Positions 28,401 through 42,508 are shown, counted from the first letter of the whole stretch. The stretch: 57,070 nucleotides of DNA, filler included, from Platydemus manokwari (GCA_037951405.1; 5 parts of 5 records of this genome joined end to end with filler, not necessarily neighbours in it), one strand, 5' to 3'. Numbers and translations: made by a program. The notes: generated by a model from the sequence alone, not told the origin.

Positions 28401-28939
28401 TGCATTACAATTTTAATTATATCTGCTGATAAGTTAAGCCTGTGATTCTTTGTAGTTTGAATTATAAAGTGTCGTACTAGTTTAGAAATTTAAATAGGGT
28501 GCATAAACTGGGATTGATAGTTAAGATATATAAATATTATCACACGTATTGTCTTCATAAAGTATAGTTATACGAGGTGAAAAATAAAAATAATCATAAG
28601 GTTCATTACACCGGCGCCCTAATCAAGAACACGCTGAGACCGATTGAGACAATATCAAAAAGAAAGGTCCGAACTTAACAATTGTACGTAGGTGGGTAAA
28701 GTATCAATAGTTCTACCAAAAGACGGTGCTTGTAGTCCAGAAATATTTGAAATGTTGGTAATATTTTATCTGATTATTTCTTCCTTGCTTTTGTATTATT
28801 GAAAATATATAATTAAATTTGAAGGACTTTGCTCTAGCTTAGTTTGAACCAGATGGATAATATTCAGATACGGAGAACGCAGATTTGGTTGGACAAATAA
28901 ATAAGTGTAAGAAGAAATTAAAAGTAAAAAACTAATTAT

Positions 28940-29030
28940 AAGCAGCTACTATTTAATAAAGAAAGCATTGGAAACAAACTGAAAAGTCACGACCCTAAAT
29001 AATATTTAAATACAAGTAGTTAAACAAATT
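28940..29030 (+). repeat. Dispersed repeat family, copy 3
   Basis: AAACAAACTGAAAAGTCACGACCCTAAATAATATTTAAATACAAG..TTAAACAAAT. An upstream GCTAC block is also shared with copy 1. Confidence 0.75.
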
Positions 29031-29333
29031 CATATATAAAATTAGATTATAAAATCTTCCAAATCCATTTTTTAAAAACCATCATTATCATTTTGAAGAC
29101 ATCACATGAATAATTGATAAGAAAAGTAATGATGATGATACTTGAAAAGTTGGCGGTTTAGGGCCTGAAACAATCGTTCCAGGGAACTTTCCGCTCTGAC
29201 GATCACGACCCCCAAGGAAACGTAGTTGAATGATCTTAATACTATTACAGTTTTTACACCTAGTACCAGTATTCTAATTTCAACGTAAGTTAATTGTCTA
29301 ACTAATAAAGTATTCTCTAAATATTATGACCCT

Positions 29334-29433
29334 NNNNNNNNNNNNNNNNNNNNNNNNNNNNNNNNNNNNNNNNNNNNTTAATTAATTAANNNNNNNNNNN
29401 NNNNNNNNNNNNNNNNNNNNNNNNNNNNNNNNN
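29334..29433. other. Assembly gap/spacer
   Basis: Same linker structure. Confidence 0.97.
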
Positions 29434-30028
29434 TTCAGCGTTATAACAATTTGTGTTAATAAAATACCTGCATAAAAACATGAATAACTTTTGACTCAAC
29501 CTGGTAAATCATGAATTTTCCATTATTTTCTAGGTAGACTCAGGGTTTTTAGTTGTACCACTTGTTTTCACGATTATTTTTTAGTCAGGTGTTCATTTTA
29601 AATTTAATAATCTGTGAAAATATTTAATGTTTTATTAATATACGCTTTTAGGAAGAATTAAAATTATTAATTCAAAAATTAAAATCCTTGGTAAGCCGAC
29701 ATTATCAATTGCATAGTCAAGAGGCAATCAATCTAATTATCAAAATGGCATAAAAACAAAGTCTGTCTGTTCAGGAGATTATTAGTGATGATTTGCAATA
29801 TAAATTTATTTTGTAACCTTTAAGCTAATAAACAGGGAATTAACAAACTGAGAGCACTGGACGTGTTTAAATGTCTTTTTTCGGTTTTCAGAATTTCGAA
29901 GTGGATATTAATAAATCATCGTGTTTCTTTGTTTTATGCTAAACTTAGTTTTAATTTGAAAACTTTAAATAATTTAATAGAATTATGTTTCTGTATGTTA
30001 AGAATTAAAATATATTTTTATGATTTAG

Positions 30029-33000
30029 GAACAATTGCAAAATGTTCGTCAAGAATGGTTATTAAAAGCTTCCAATGAAAAACCCAAAACTAAGGCTCTA
30101 ATGGAGAGTGATGTCGATGAACAAATTAAAAAAGCAAAAGATCGTTATTATGGAAATATCAGGTTAATTGTTTATTTAACATTTTTAATGGTTATTTGTT
30201 TGTAAAATTTAGATTTATCGGTGAACTTTATTTGAAAGGAGTTTTAATTACTAAAATTATTTGTTATTGTATTGAAAATCTGTTGATGAAAGAAAATGAT
30301 GCTGATTCTTTGATTTGTTTATGTAAACTATTAGAGACATGTGGAGCTAAACTGGAAAAGGAAAGTAAAGGGAAAGAAAAATTGAATGATTCATTTGCAA
30401 AGCTTCGGCAACTTTCGGAATCTATGTTAATTGAAACAAGGGTTCGATTTAGAATTCTTGATATAATGGAAATGCGTCAGAAAAAATGGTGTCTTCGCAA
30501 AGTTCAGCAAGAACAAAAAATTGAGCCCAAGACACTCGAAGAGATTAAAATAGAAAAGGAAATGGAAGAAGGAAAAGAATATTATTTAAGCCTTAACAGA
30601 AAAAATACATCTAGTTGGACATCAGATCGTAAAATTTTATTTCTGTTTAAATCTTAAATATTTTCCATGAATAAAATAGGGCGCCCCAGCCTTCCAAGCG
30701 TAAGTAAAAGTCGATCAAATTTCACACCGAAACAACTTTCAGTAACATCCTGTTCCCATGATCCAACAACGTTAGGTCCTCAGAAACGAAACTGGAGTGC
30801 GGGAAGTGGTGCAGCAATGAACCCGAATATTACTGAGAGTGAAAAGAGGTTTTCGTTTTGAAAAATACTACAATATATATATTTATAAATCACATAATTT
30901 AGTAATAGATTAAATAGGAATAAAGGAAAAGTAAATTCAGAACAAAGACCAAAAGACAATTTATATGGGATTGAAAATCCAGATATTTTAATTAATCAAA
31001 CTATTGAAGGCTGTGTCTCAAATTATGCAAATTGCTATATACATGCACAATCTTTCAGTACTTGTAGTTATCAAAGTACGAATTCATCAGAAAACTCAAG
31101 TCGTTCATCTTCTCACAGTAGATCGACACCCCAAATCATATTAAAAGAGAAACTCCCCGACTCTAAACTAGCTCAATCAAATAATCTTGATTTCATCGTA
31201 CTATCACCGATCGAATTCTTTAAAGAATATTCTAATTCTAATTACCTATGTGTTAGTTATATAATTTATATTGTTATGTATAATTTTAATGCATTTTTCG
31301 CTTTATTTCAAATAGTCTGATAGTTGGAATTCGTATACGGATAAAGTTGAAGTAGTTTATCTATTATTAGATTCAAATTTTGATACCACCTGTGATAATC
31401 GAATTTCGCTAAGCAATCTTTTGTACAAACTTATTACTCAAAGTTGGATGAAAAAAGACGAATTATTGAAAGCGTTAGTTGAATATTTGTATAAATATTG
31501 TCTACATTATCCGTATTTGTTTCATTGTTGATTTAAATCGAATTTTTATTTTTATCCGTTGACATATTTCACGGACATCATATTTAAAATTCAAACTTAT
31601 GAAAGAATCTTCAATTATCACAATTCTTTAAGAATCACAATTGATAAATAATTCCAGCTACACCGTAAAAATCTTGGGAATATTTATCATTTTATTGAAA
31701 TCTATATTAAAATTTTTACCTGCTAAAAATGCAAATGGATATTGCATAGTAAAAAATGAAAATCATTATTAACAATTTTATGAAGACTGATTATGAAGTT
31801 CATAAAATGAAGAAATTGAAACTACTTGATAGTAGCCAGTGAATGGTTGGTAAATGACGTCAAGCTTTACTGGTTACAAATGAAAGGTAGCAACAAGATT
31901 TAATTGTATTTTTAAATATCATTTGATAGTGTCACACTTGGTTAATGTAACTGTAATGTATGTTTTTCGTTTAATAAATATGAAGCATTGTACAGTACCA
32001 ACAAAAGTAGGAAAAATTTAAGCATTCATTGAAGGGATATATCCAATACGATATTTATTCCATTAATAAGTTACAAATATAAGAATATTCATTTATTTTT
32101 TCACAAATAATATATAATTAGATGTCCGCGATAATCAATATATATCGTAATGCATTACGTAATTGTATAGTCATCTAGTCTGGTAATTAAAACGGTAGGG
32201 GTTTCTAAAATCCGATTCTTAATTTACACTTCCAAAATGGACCTAGCAGGCATTGTCCTTCTTCCATTTCCTAGATTAAATCCCAGGATATAATCGAATA
32301 GGATAACTAAAACTATGAGACATTGCTTAATCATATACATTTTCAAAGCATTTAGCAATTATATGAATATTTACAAACCTCTTCCAGCGAGTACCTTACC
32401 AATTCATTGTTGGAGCCAAAGTACAGAATATGAAAATGTGCATTTCTCACATAGAAAAATGTAAAAAAGAAAGGTTTATACAATGTATTGTGAACCAGAA
32501 GTGAATATTCTCTTACACTAAAAAGGCTTGAAGTGAAAGATGTCTCAGGAGGATTAGGTTTGCTATGAGTTGGTCTTTTACTGGTGTTAATTTCAACAGA
32601 TTCTTACTGCAAAATTAAAAGAATAATGGATTTCTGTGTAAAATTGGTAAGTTGGCTGACAAATTTCTCCTTAAGAAACCATCACTGATGAATAAGTAAA
32701 GATAACATACTTCAATATCAACAAATCAGAAATTTGGAAACAAAATTATAGAGAGATTGATTTGTAACAATTCAACATTTATAATATTAATTTAAATAAG
32801 ATGATTAAATTTGACAAATGCTTCTTTATTTGACAATCTCAAGTCATTACGGTTTATCTCTAGATTGTATTGGGTTTTGTCTTCGGTGCAAAATTTCCAA
32901 GTTGTTTTCTTAAACGTTTGGTGTAATACAGGGTCCTAACATTCATATTTACAAAGGAAACCTAGCAGTGATTTATTATTATTAAAATTATCACCATGCT

Positions 33001-34648
33001 TTGTTTCTAGAAAGATTTCCAAAATGAGATTTGAATACATTATCTCGGCCATATAATTGCAGAAATTAGTTTAGCTTTTTGCAAATTTAAAATCTAAATT
33101 CTTTTAATGGACGAAGTTATTATATTGGATGGATTTGAAAGAAAACATTTTTGACTGATTTTGAGAAGAAGCACTCAATATCCAAAAAAGTATTTGATAG
33201 AAATATTTTTCTCTATCAATTTTTTTTATAATTTTCGAGTTGATTATATAATTTTTAAGGGTCAAAATTTATTAAGCTTATTAATTTGTTCATATAAAAA
33301 TCATGTTGAAATCAATATGTGTAATAATGTTTGTATTTTTGTTTAGTTTTTCTAAACTCATAGATTCGTTAGAAGATCTCATTATTGATGTTGGAAAAAC
33401 CATATGGGATAGTTTGTCTGATTATTTTATTCCATTTATCAAGAGCATGGAACTAGATTCTGTAGATCTTATTGACAAAATATTTGATTTCGAAGCATTG
33501 AGCAAGTTTGATAATAAAAACGCCTTGATCATATATTCTTTACCTTGGTCTATGGTTAATAAAATTTTCAAATTATCAAATGGAAAATATCAAGATATTT
33601 TCGAATTAGCAGTAGCTAACGATTGCACGGAGCAATTATCGATCTGTGAGAAAAAGCTCATTTCAATTTTATCAAAGAATTTAAATCGAGCTATAAAAAT
33701 TGTTATTCAAATGGATGTGAAATTTTATTTAATTTGGCTTAAGCAGCTATTTGAAGAATCTTTCAGTTGTTATAGTGAGGAGTTTTATATTATATTGAAT
33801 TTGGAAGAAATATTTCATCGATTTTCAAGATATCCAGGTGCGTTATTGTTTCTTTATTAATTTTATCGCTTATTTATCGTGCATTTTTAAAACAACGTGA
33901 ACTTATATTATATTTTTTAAGATAGGAATATTAATAGTAATATTAATGTAATAATATTCTGCTCCGGGAATTATCATTATATAAATGTTTATAAATTATC
34001 ATTATATTGGGGCCTTGATTAACATTATTTTTCTGTATTTCAATAAGTCGAACTAAGAAGTTACGGGAATTTCCCAGTTCGGCAGGATCACAAGAATTGC
34101 TAAAAATGACTATTTTATGTTTACGAAGGTCATATTGGTTTTTGATTTCAAAATTAATAATATCCCTACAACGCAGAACTCATCTTTGAATTATATTCAA
34201 TTTTATTGATTTTATTGATTAATTTATACCATTACATTGTTTTCAGTTGAATTAGCCAAATTTTCAGAGTGCTTTAAAAAGATAACCTCAATGTCTAAAC
34301 GAAATGAGATTTTCAGTACTCTCCGAAAAATTTCAAATGAAATTGAAAGTCGAGGTTAAAGTGATAGCTTCAAAGTTTTATTTACAATTTCTTTTTTTAG
34401 AAATCTTCTGTATATTAAAGTGCTTGTTAGATAATAATATATACGATCATCAGACTTTCCTGGAATGGGAATCAGAATCTCACGTTGACCCATTTCCGTC
34501 TAAATTTAAACGTGTGCTAACTGTAATAAAAAATCATAGTGCTTTCATTTTAGAGAACTCATTTGAATATTTATCCTCTTGTGAAGAATCAAATAATTGT
34601 TTCAGTAATTCAACATTTGACCATAAAAATTGTACAAATAGTGATTAA
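30029..34648 (+). CDS. EIF4G: eIF4G-family translation initiation factor (C-terminal half of MIF4G, MA3, W2); 5' exons unresolved
   Basis: Exons 30029-30162, 30213-30628, 30680-30848, 30903-about 31251, about 31316-31473, 33347-33837, 34247-about 34354, 34401-34648. MIF4G hallmarks: YYGNIRFIGELY, SLICLCKLLETCG, RVRFRILD..EMR..W, PKTLEEI. MA3-like LEDLIIDV...IW. W2-like LDNNIYD..TFLEWES. Confidence 0.85.
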
Positions 34649-37600
34649 ATATGAATGTACGAGTTAAATATTGAGGTTACATTTTTATTATTAATTTCAA
34701 TGAAAATGATGTGTATAAGATATTTATATGTTTGTGCTAATGTCAATGGAAAATTAATGTTCCAGATACATGCATGTGTGTAAAATATTTAAATGAGGTG
34801 GTGTACATTATGAATTTAATTGATTAAAAAGTTCTAAACTCTATTTTAAAAATCTTACCTTAATTTCTCTTTTCGTTTCATTGGTATTGATTAATGAATG
34901 CATTTTAATACTTAATAAACTGAAAGCAAGTCACAAGTAATTAATGTGTTCTGAGTTACATTCTTATTCACTTTCTTAGTAATTGATAATGACTGAATTG
35001 CGATTAATAATTCCTTTTAGATTTGTATAGGATATTTCTTATTTTAACTAATTCTTATTAATAATATATGATATTACTCATACGAAACAGCGATGTACAT
35101 ATATTTTGCTGGTTTGTTATCTTTTTGATTATCTAGATTTGTTTTTATTAATATTGCTGACTCTAAAATTAATTGAAAGTTTTGTTTGTTATTTAAGTTA
35201 TTAAGGAAGTATCGTGCTGCGAGAATGGAAAAAAATATCTATGGGAAAAAAACAATTTCAATCACTATAGTCAAAAAATATTTTTCCGAGAATAACATAC
35301 AATACAAAAAACTTAGAAAGAATAAAGAACATTTTATATGAAATATTTATTATTTTAATAAATTAAATATTTTAATTTATTTGGGAAGCAATCTAATCTG
35401 AATATACTTTTTATTCATAACCATTTTAAGACTCGATTTTCTGATTGTAAAAATGGGATCAATAAAAATAAAGACTGAAGTTAAGAGGTTATTGAATAAA
35501 AGTATTATTTTTTTTATTGTGTTTCATAAATTATGCATTTTAATTATATTAATTAAAAATATTATGAACTATCGATTATGGTCTCGAAAATAATCTTATT
35601 CTGAAATTAAAAACCAAATATATTCGACTTTTAACGCTCCACTAGAACGTTAATTAGCGCCAAACCATTGAGAAATGCTATATTTTTTGCAATTCTTCTA
35701 TAAGATAAATGAAATAAAGTGTTTTAAACATGATAGAAATTTGGTAATGTTAATCAGTCTAATGACCATAGATATACTCGAAAGTCTCTAGTTTTCAGTA
35801 AATGAGCTATTTTTTATCAATATTAATTTATTAGCAAACTAACTAAAAGATCTTTTTACAATAAAAGGTGGAGATTAATGATAATGAATATGGCCGGAAT
35901 GTTATTTAAAATGACTAACTATTGACAAATAACTGATCAAATCAACCAATATACTGTTATATTAACGTGTAGTAGTCATAGAGATAAAATGAAAACTAAT
36001 TTTTAATTAAAAATATATTCAATGAAAATACGTGGAGACAAATAATATAATAAAATGTCAATACACAAGCAATTTGAGTCAAACAATCTTATTCGTTTCA
36101 GTATGTGCCCATTTTGCTGCTTAGGCGTGATATCTAGATCTAGTTTAAAATAAATAGGAATAAGATATATTTTAATGTTTTGGTTTCGGAAAAATCAACA
36201 ATTCAATTGTGCGCAAAAAGACGAACATTTTTTCTGTGTTATATATTATATCGCTGTTGATATTTTATAATAATAAATTGATGGAATAATGCAATGTTTT
36301 ATGCATTATTTTATCAGTTGCGAGTTTAATAATAATTGTTAAATCTAAGTTTATTTAGTGGTAAAAATTAATGACTTCTTTCTATTAGTTGAGGAAAAAT
36401 GGAAATAATATAAAATTGATTAATCAGGAAATGAGTGAAAATAAAATAAAATGACAATCACTTATTTTGGATAGCGACAGTTTTTGTAATACATCCCATA
36501 ATAAATTAAAATATAATTATATTTTATGAATTAAATTATAATAAATAATCGCAACTTGTTACATTGCACTCAAATAAATAACATTTGAGAACTAATTAAC
36601 CGGAAATTCCTAAAGTTCTTAAAAATATCAATTGACACCGATAAGTAATAGAAAACAAAAAATGATAAACAACTCATATTATTTTCATTAAACAAATTTA
36701 GTATCATTAGGTTGAGGAAATATATTTGATGATCAATTAAGAATTTAAACCATTAGAGAAATTTTCTAATGATAGAAACCTTCTAAGCCATTGCCAAATA
36801 TATCATGTCCGGTGAGTTCATATAGTTCACCGAGTAAACTTATCGTACTATAAAATCATGTATCGTTATCAAAAGTCGTTTATACCTATTATCGAGCTTT
36901 GTCTCCAATTTTCTGTGGCAGTTTTGTTTCAATTCGACAAAGGGGTATATTAACCATAAACTTATCGAAGAGGTTGAAGGTCATTAAAAGCAGTTATGGA
37001 CTTATATTTATATTTTAATTATATTTGTGTTTTTCATGGCGATAAACATATTAATAGTTCTCCAGTGTTGCTTATTGATCTATAAAAGTGCTGGGTTGGG
37101 GTTGATGTTTATGTGATGTTGTAAACAACTCAAAAGCGGAAATTATATTATCATAACACATTTTATTTATAAAATTTGTTTGATCAGTCACAATTATTTT
37201 TTGCACACACATTAACTCTCACAATGATTTTACTAAATAAATTGGTAAGGTGATCTTTCCGTGAATGCAAGAACAGATTCCAAAATTTTTTTATAGATTT
37301 TATAATAAGAGTCAAAAGGTCTGATTCATTTGGAGATAAACTTTTTGTTATATGTGTTATATTTTGGAGTCGACGGTTTATTTTATTATTATATTTGACT
37401 TTAACTTCAACTTGTTTTGACAATAAATCGGTTTCTTGGAGTTTTCACAACACTTAAGAATTTACTAAACCTAATTATTTTATTGTTCCTTTGCCTCAAT
37501 CGACTTTAATTCACGTATGAAGACAGGATGGGCAGCTCTAGATATTGTTTCTATGTTTCTAACACTATTTACTAAACTATCGGTCTCGTTTCGCCTCGTT

Positions 37601-39401
37601 TGTATTTCCAAAAAAGGTAATGAACTTGGTAATGAAATAATGTTGTTATTAATAATGAAATGATTCTATAGGGCAACATCCAATTCTAATATCAAAACAA
37701 GATTCGCTACTGAATGCACTTTTATTTGTATATAAATTACTACAGACATTCACTTATGTATGACTTACTACTTTTATACCGTGATTTATAAAAAGCTACT
37801 TTTATACATGTAAACGACAAGCTTTGTACGACAATTCTGGAAGAAGCCCAGGTTATAATGCTCTCAAAAGGAGTAAAACCAATTGTTCGAGATGGTTTGG
37901 ATTAACCCAATAAATAAGAAATATGCGAGTATTATAAATGATGTATGATTTAACAGATATTGTAACTTACTGTTACTCCTCCTATTTGGGGCTTTGACTC
38001 CTCAGAACAAATATCAATATTTAAATTGATATTTCAACAATTACTGGCCTAAATTTCAAGGTTTTCGAATCCGAATGGCTTATCTTCGTACACACTAAAG
38101 ATAGTGGTTCCAGTAAATAAGTGGATAAGCCTATTTATACTAATTTTATTCTGGGCTAGTTTCCATCAAAATGCGGGTCTTATTTATTTATTCTAATGGA
38201 TTTTCGTTTTTAATGCGGGTCATTATCTTTGACATATAGGTTTTCATTTTATGGAAATTGTTATCAATATTTCTATCAATTGAGTTATATTTTATTATAT
38301 TTGTTGCCAAGCCAGAATATTAGAGCGATTTGTTATTTCTATTTTCTGGTATTTTATAACTGTCATTTTTTATATTCGATAGAAGTGATTTTGACGTGTT
38401 ATGCAGGTAATTTATCAGTTATTAAGAACTTATTTTAAATTTGTTTTTCTCTCTTGAAAGGTTATTCAAATAATTATTACACAAAAATGAAAAATTTTAT
38501 TGTTATTTTATTCTTTCTATAAGTACTGACTTTTTCCCGAATAAAAAATGTCATTAGAATAAAAATTGCTACTTCTATACATAGATCCAAGGGTGAGTAT
38601 TGTACATTATGCCAAGATAAAGATAAAAATAACATGCAAAAATATACAATATGGAATCAATATCTCCAGATTCCTGGCACATTGGATTTTTAGCAGCTTG
38701 ATTTCCCATAAACTCAACATATGTTAATAATCAATAATCGTTACCAAGCGTTTATTTACGTTTTTTCATTTTTTCGTTAAAAATAGCTTTAAATTTTTGA
38801 CTTTCAAATTCAACTTTTTCAATCTGGTTTTTCAGTAAAGTGAATTGATATGGTCGTCGATATTATGTAGTTTGTATCCACGATCACTCACTAAAGCTCA
38901 TTATTATTTGACAAAATTTCATAAAGTTTGTGATTTTCAGTATTTTGTACCGCAATACTTTATTGGATATTTTAAAATTCCCAGATTCTTAAATAATTAT
39001 TAATCTAGCCTTTGAAAATTTAGCTAAATTATTTTAACATTATAATCTATTGATTAATTTTATTTTATTCTTCCTAATTCGATTTAGTTAATTTATCCCT
39101 ATTGTTAGGTATATCACAAATCAGTTAAAAAGGTTACAAGAACCAAGGAAAAACCCTAAAAGTGATCAATACACACAAGCCCTATAATTACAAATGTCTT
39201 CAATCAATCATATTCGCTCTAATGTTAATCCATATTTATAAGCTAAGAATCGACATGCACGTGCCTACAAAAGGCAGCAAGCTCAAATATCCTCTAATGA
39301 CATGAGAGATATAAGGAAAATTTCATGTAAATAGATCCACAAACATATTCAGCATACTTAAAACGAAGATTTGCGACATCAAGCAGACATATCCGATACT
39401 T

Positions 39402-39560
39402 CTATAAAAGAGGTGGGTACATGGATACTTGCCAGTCTTTTTTGGTCGGTAACTTCAGTGCTTATCTTATGTGTGATTTCAGTACTCATTCTTTTTTATT
39501 ACTCTTCATTTTGTTTTTGACTTTCGGGCTCTGATCATATCTTGAGTGATTTCTTTTGTG
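39402..39560 (+). repeat. LTR-like dispersed repeat, related to 28247-28400
   Basis: CTATAAAAG followed by the same conserved blocks as the 28.3 kb copy. Confidence 0.55.
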
Positions 39561-41898
39561 AATTGCGTAAAGATTTGTTATTGTTATTATTGAGACTTTG
39601 AGTGTATTATTTTAGTTAATATAGATTTGTAGATTCATATGTTGTTTGATAACGCAACACCATTTTATTTCATAATTTAAAGTATTTGTTATAAATAATA
39701 ATGTATTTTTTATATGCACATCAAATAATCACAAAATTTAATCGTCAAATAATTAATGGTCAATTTTTACAAATGATCGCAAAGATAAAGATAAGATAAT
39801 CACAAAGATAATTAGTAGTAAACTGTCAAGAGTCAAAATCGAATATTAACAAATATTTGTCAAACACTGGAATCTGGAATCATTATTGGAATTTTGGAAT
39901 TCGTCGATTGCAGTATCATGTTCGAATTTTCTACTGACCTCGAGCTTTTCTTTCCCCTGTCATTTTCTTTTCATCCTAGTCCTTTTCCAGTTTGAGGGAA
40001 CTTCCGTCGGGTAATAAATGTCTCTAATGGTTTCTAAAACTATATCTTTCAGAATCAGAATTCGTGTTCTTTAGGTTGATTTCGCTTTTATTTGATTTAA
40101 TCTTTATTGAGAATCTTCATTGATTTTTATTTTGATTGAATTTTTAGTCTGACACTTTCTTTCTTATTTATACCTGTTTGCATGAACTATTATTGGTTGG
40201 AATTCTTCATTTTACATTTTATTAAATGTCGTTAGGCGGGAGAAATCCCCACAATCACGTGTGGTCTTTAGCCTTTATTTTTCTGGATGTTTCATTTTTG
40301 TATTCCACAAACATAAGTTGGTTTGTACTTTAACAATGTATTAATGCCGCATTAAATCTTCTAACACATTAGCCTTTCTACAGCACAACGGTTTGTATCC
40401 TATTAGATAGTTTCCTGAATATCCAAAGATCTACTCTCATGCAGTGTTTTCAGTTAGGTTGGCTGTTATTTGTTATGATATGTTAGGTTAAATCTTTCTT
40501 CCATTTCGTTTGTCTGATGATAGCAAGCTGTGGTACTTAATTTTTTATACTGAATATTTTAGTAACATTTTGTACGATATAGTTAAGGAATTAGTTCATG
40601 GACTGGTTAACAGTCACTCTGACAAGCCGTATCCAAATATATTTTTTCTATTAGCAATTTATCAATGGTTTTGTTTTTTCAATTTTTTGTAACAAAGTAA
40701 ATAACAAAGATAGCTATGTTTTACCCAAGTTCTTTTTTGAAATACAAATTGATTAACAAACAAATAAAATAGTATGAAAGTAGTTCATCGGAAGTTTGAA
40801 GCATGCGGAGAAGAGTGAAAAGATAAAATATAAGTTGAATATTATAATAGTGTTATACAATCGAATATTAAGAAATGTATATTTCCTATTAATTGTGTTA
40901 ACAATGTAAATCAAAAAGAACATTGTTCTGTTTTTATCATTTCTTCCATCAATTGAAATGTTCCTTAAATTTATCACCTAACGATGATCTCCAAAATGTT
41001 GGACAATAAATTTCTACTAAATGTTCGGTCAAAAATTTTGATCTGTGATTCTTGGTTAAATCCTCAAAGCAATTTCTCAGAGTATGAGCTTTTGAATACA
41101 CTTAGCTCTATTTATAGCCTGTTTTTAACATAGCTTCAGTGATCTCCCAATTAACCTTTATTTATTCCCATTTTATCTCGGGAATTAACAGCTTATCTTT
41201 TGCAATTCTACCCTAAATTATTTATGTTTGTACTCTTGTAATAATTATGTACTTATAAAATTATTTGTTTTTTATTTAAACTTATACTATCGCCACTATA
41301 ATTTTTCATACTCAACAACCTCCTTTTATCCCTTTTTACAATTAAATAAAAAATAATCAATATTATTATAAAATTGTTCACCACGAACTAATAAAAAAAG
41401 TCACAGTAAATAAAATTTGTAAATTTTCATAATCAACATCCAAATCAATTATTGTCACATTTTAATCGATATCAATTTATATTGTTTGAATTGTGAATTT
41501 CCGGGTTAAGATTTGATAATTTACAATATGTTTTCCTATAGAATAGGGTTGAGTAAATGATTAGGATCGGGATTAGAACTATACAGCTAGCCATGATGCC
41601 AACATTATAAACTTTGAAAATAGAAGACTAATATCTCATAAACCCAAAAAATGTTATGAACAAGCAAAATATGCAATTTCACTATTTGATAATAAAAGAT
41701 TTATACAAAATAAACGAAAACAATGGGAAAATAGTGGAATTTCGAAACTTCATTATACAATTAAAAGCTTTATTAAAAATTGAAATTTTTTAATTTAATA
41801 AATGATTGCGCAATAAAAATAGTAATACTAAAAACTAATAGTTTGATTGACAAGTAGAAAAAGCGAACTCTTACAATTTAAGAATTTTTTAATTAAAT

Positions 41899-42387
41899 TT
41901 AAAATGCAAGTTTCTTCATTAACAAATAAATATGCTGTCCAACTTTAAATCCACTCAGATTTGTAGCAGCACCCTTTAGCATCATTAACAACCCACCAAA
42001 TGATACATAGGTTGATAGTATTTCTCCTTCATCTGACTGACTGGGAATAATTTTATAGATCTTACCGTACATACAATAATCAAAATTGCTCATCTTTTGT
42101 TCTTCCGTTTCTTCAGAATCTTCACACATTTCTGCATCATCATCCAAATTTCTACTTACATCATCGGTATCCATATGGATAGATGATGACTCCATTCTTA
42201 GATTTCGAATAAGACAAAATCTGAACTTATCACCAGGTGAAAGAGGATAAATTTGAGTATGTACATCTAAAATAAGTTCCATCTTGAATGATTCGCCATT
42301 GCAGAACACCCTTGAAACACGATCAAATCTTTTTCCATCTTTATCCATTTCTTTCACTCCAAAAATATCTTCAAATAAAGTAGTCAT
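41899..42387 (-). CDS. POLR2H: DNA-directed RNA polymerases I/II/III shared subunit RPABC3 (RPB8), 162 aa, intronless CDS
   Basis: MTTLFEDIF...FDRVSR...FKMELILDV...IYP...GDKFR...YCMYGKIY...YVSFGGLLM.L.G...IYLLMKKLAF. True ATG is at 42387; the ORF track's upstream extension starts at TTG. Confidence 0.97.
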   Translation of the reverse strand: MTTLFEDIFGVKEMDKDGKRFDRVSRVFCNGESFKMELILDVHTQIYPLSPGDKFRFCLIRNLRMESSSIHMDTDDVSRNLDDDAEMCEDSEETEEQKMSNFDYCMYGKIYKIIPSQSDEGEILSTYVSFGGLLMMLKGAATNLSGFKVGQHIYLLMKKLAF

Positions 42388-42508
42388 TATATTTTTATTC
42401 AAATTCTGTAATTGCAAAATTAAATAAACAAATCAAATTTTTATTTTACATAAAAATAAATATTATTTTTATGAGATTTGAACATTAAGCACAATAAAAT
42501 GTATAATG

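Noticed and set aside
31480-33340. Coding-like debris in the long eIF4G intron, and similar tracts at about 18.6-20.3 kb, 39.9-41.2 kb and 49.8-50.3 kb
   Set aside because: Stops in all frames and no motif I can name with confidence. Likely old transposon remnants, left unannotated.
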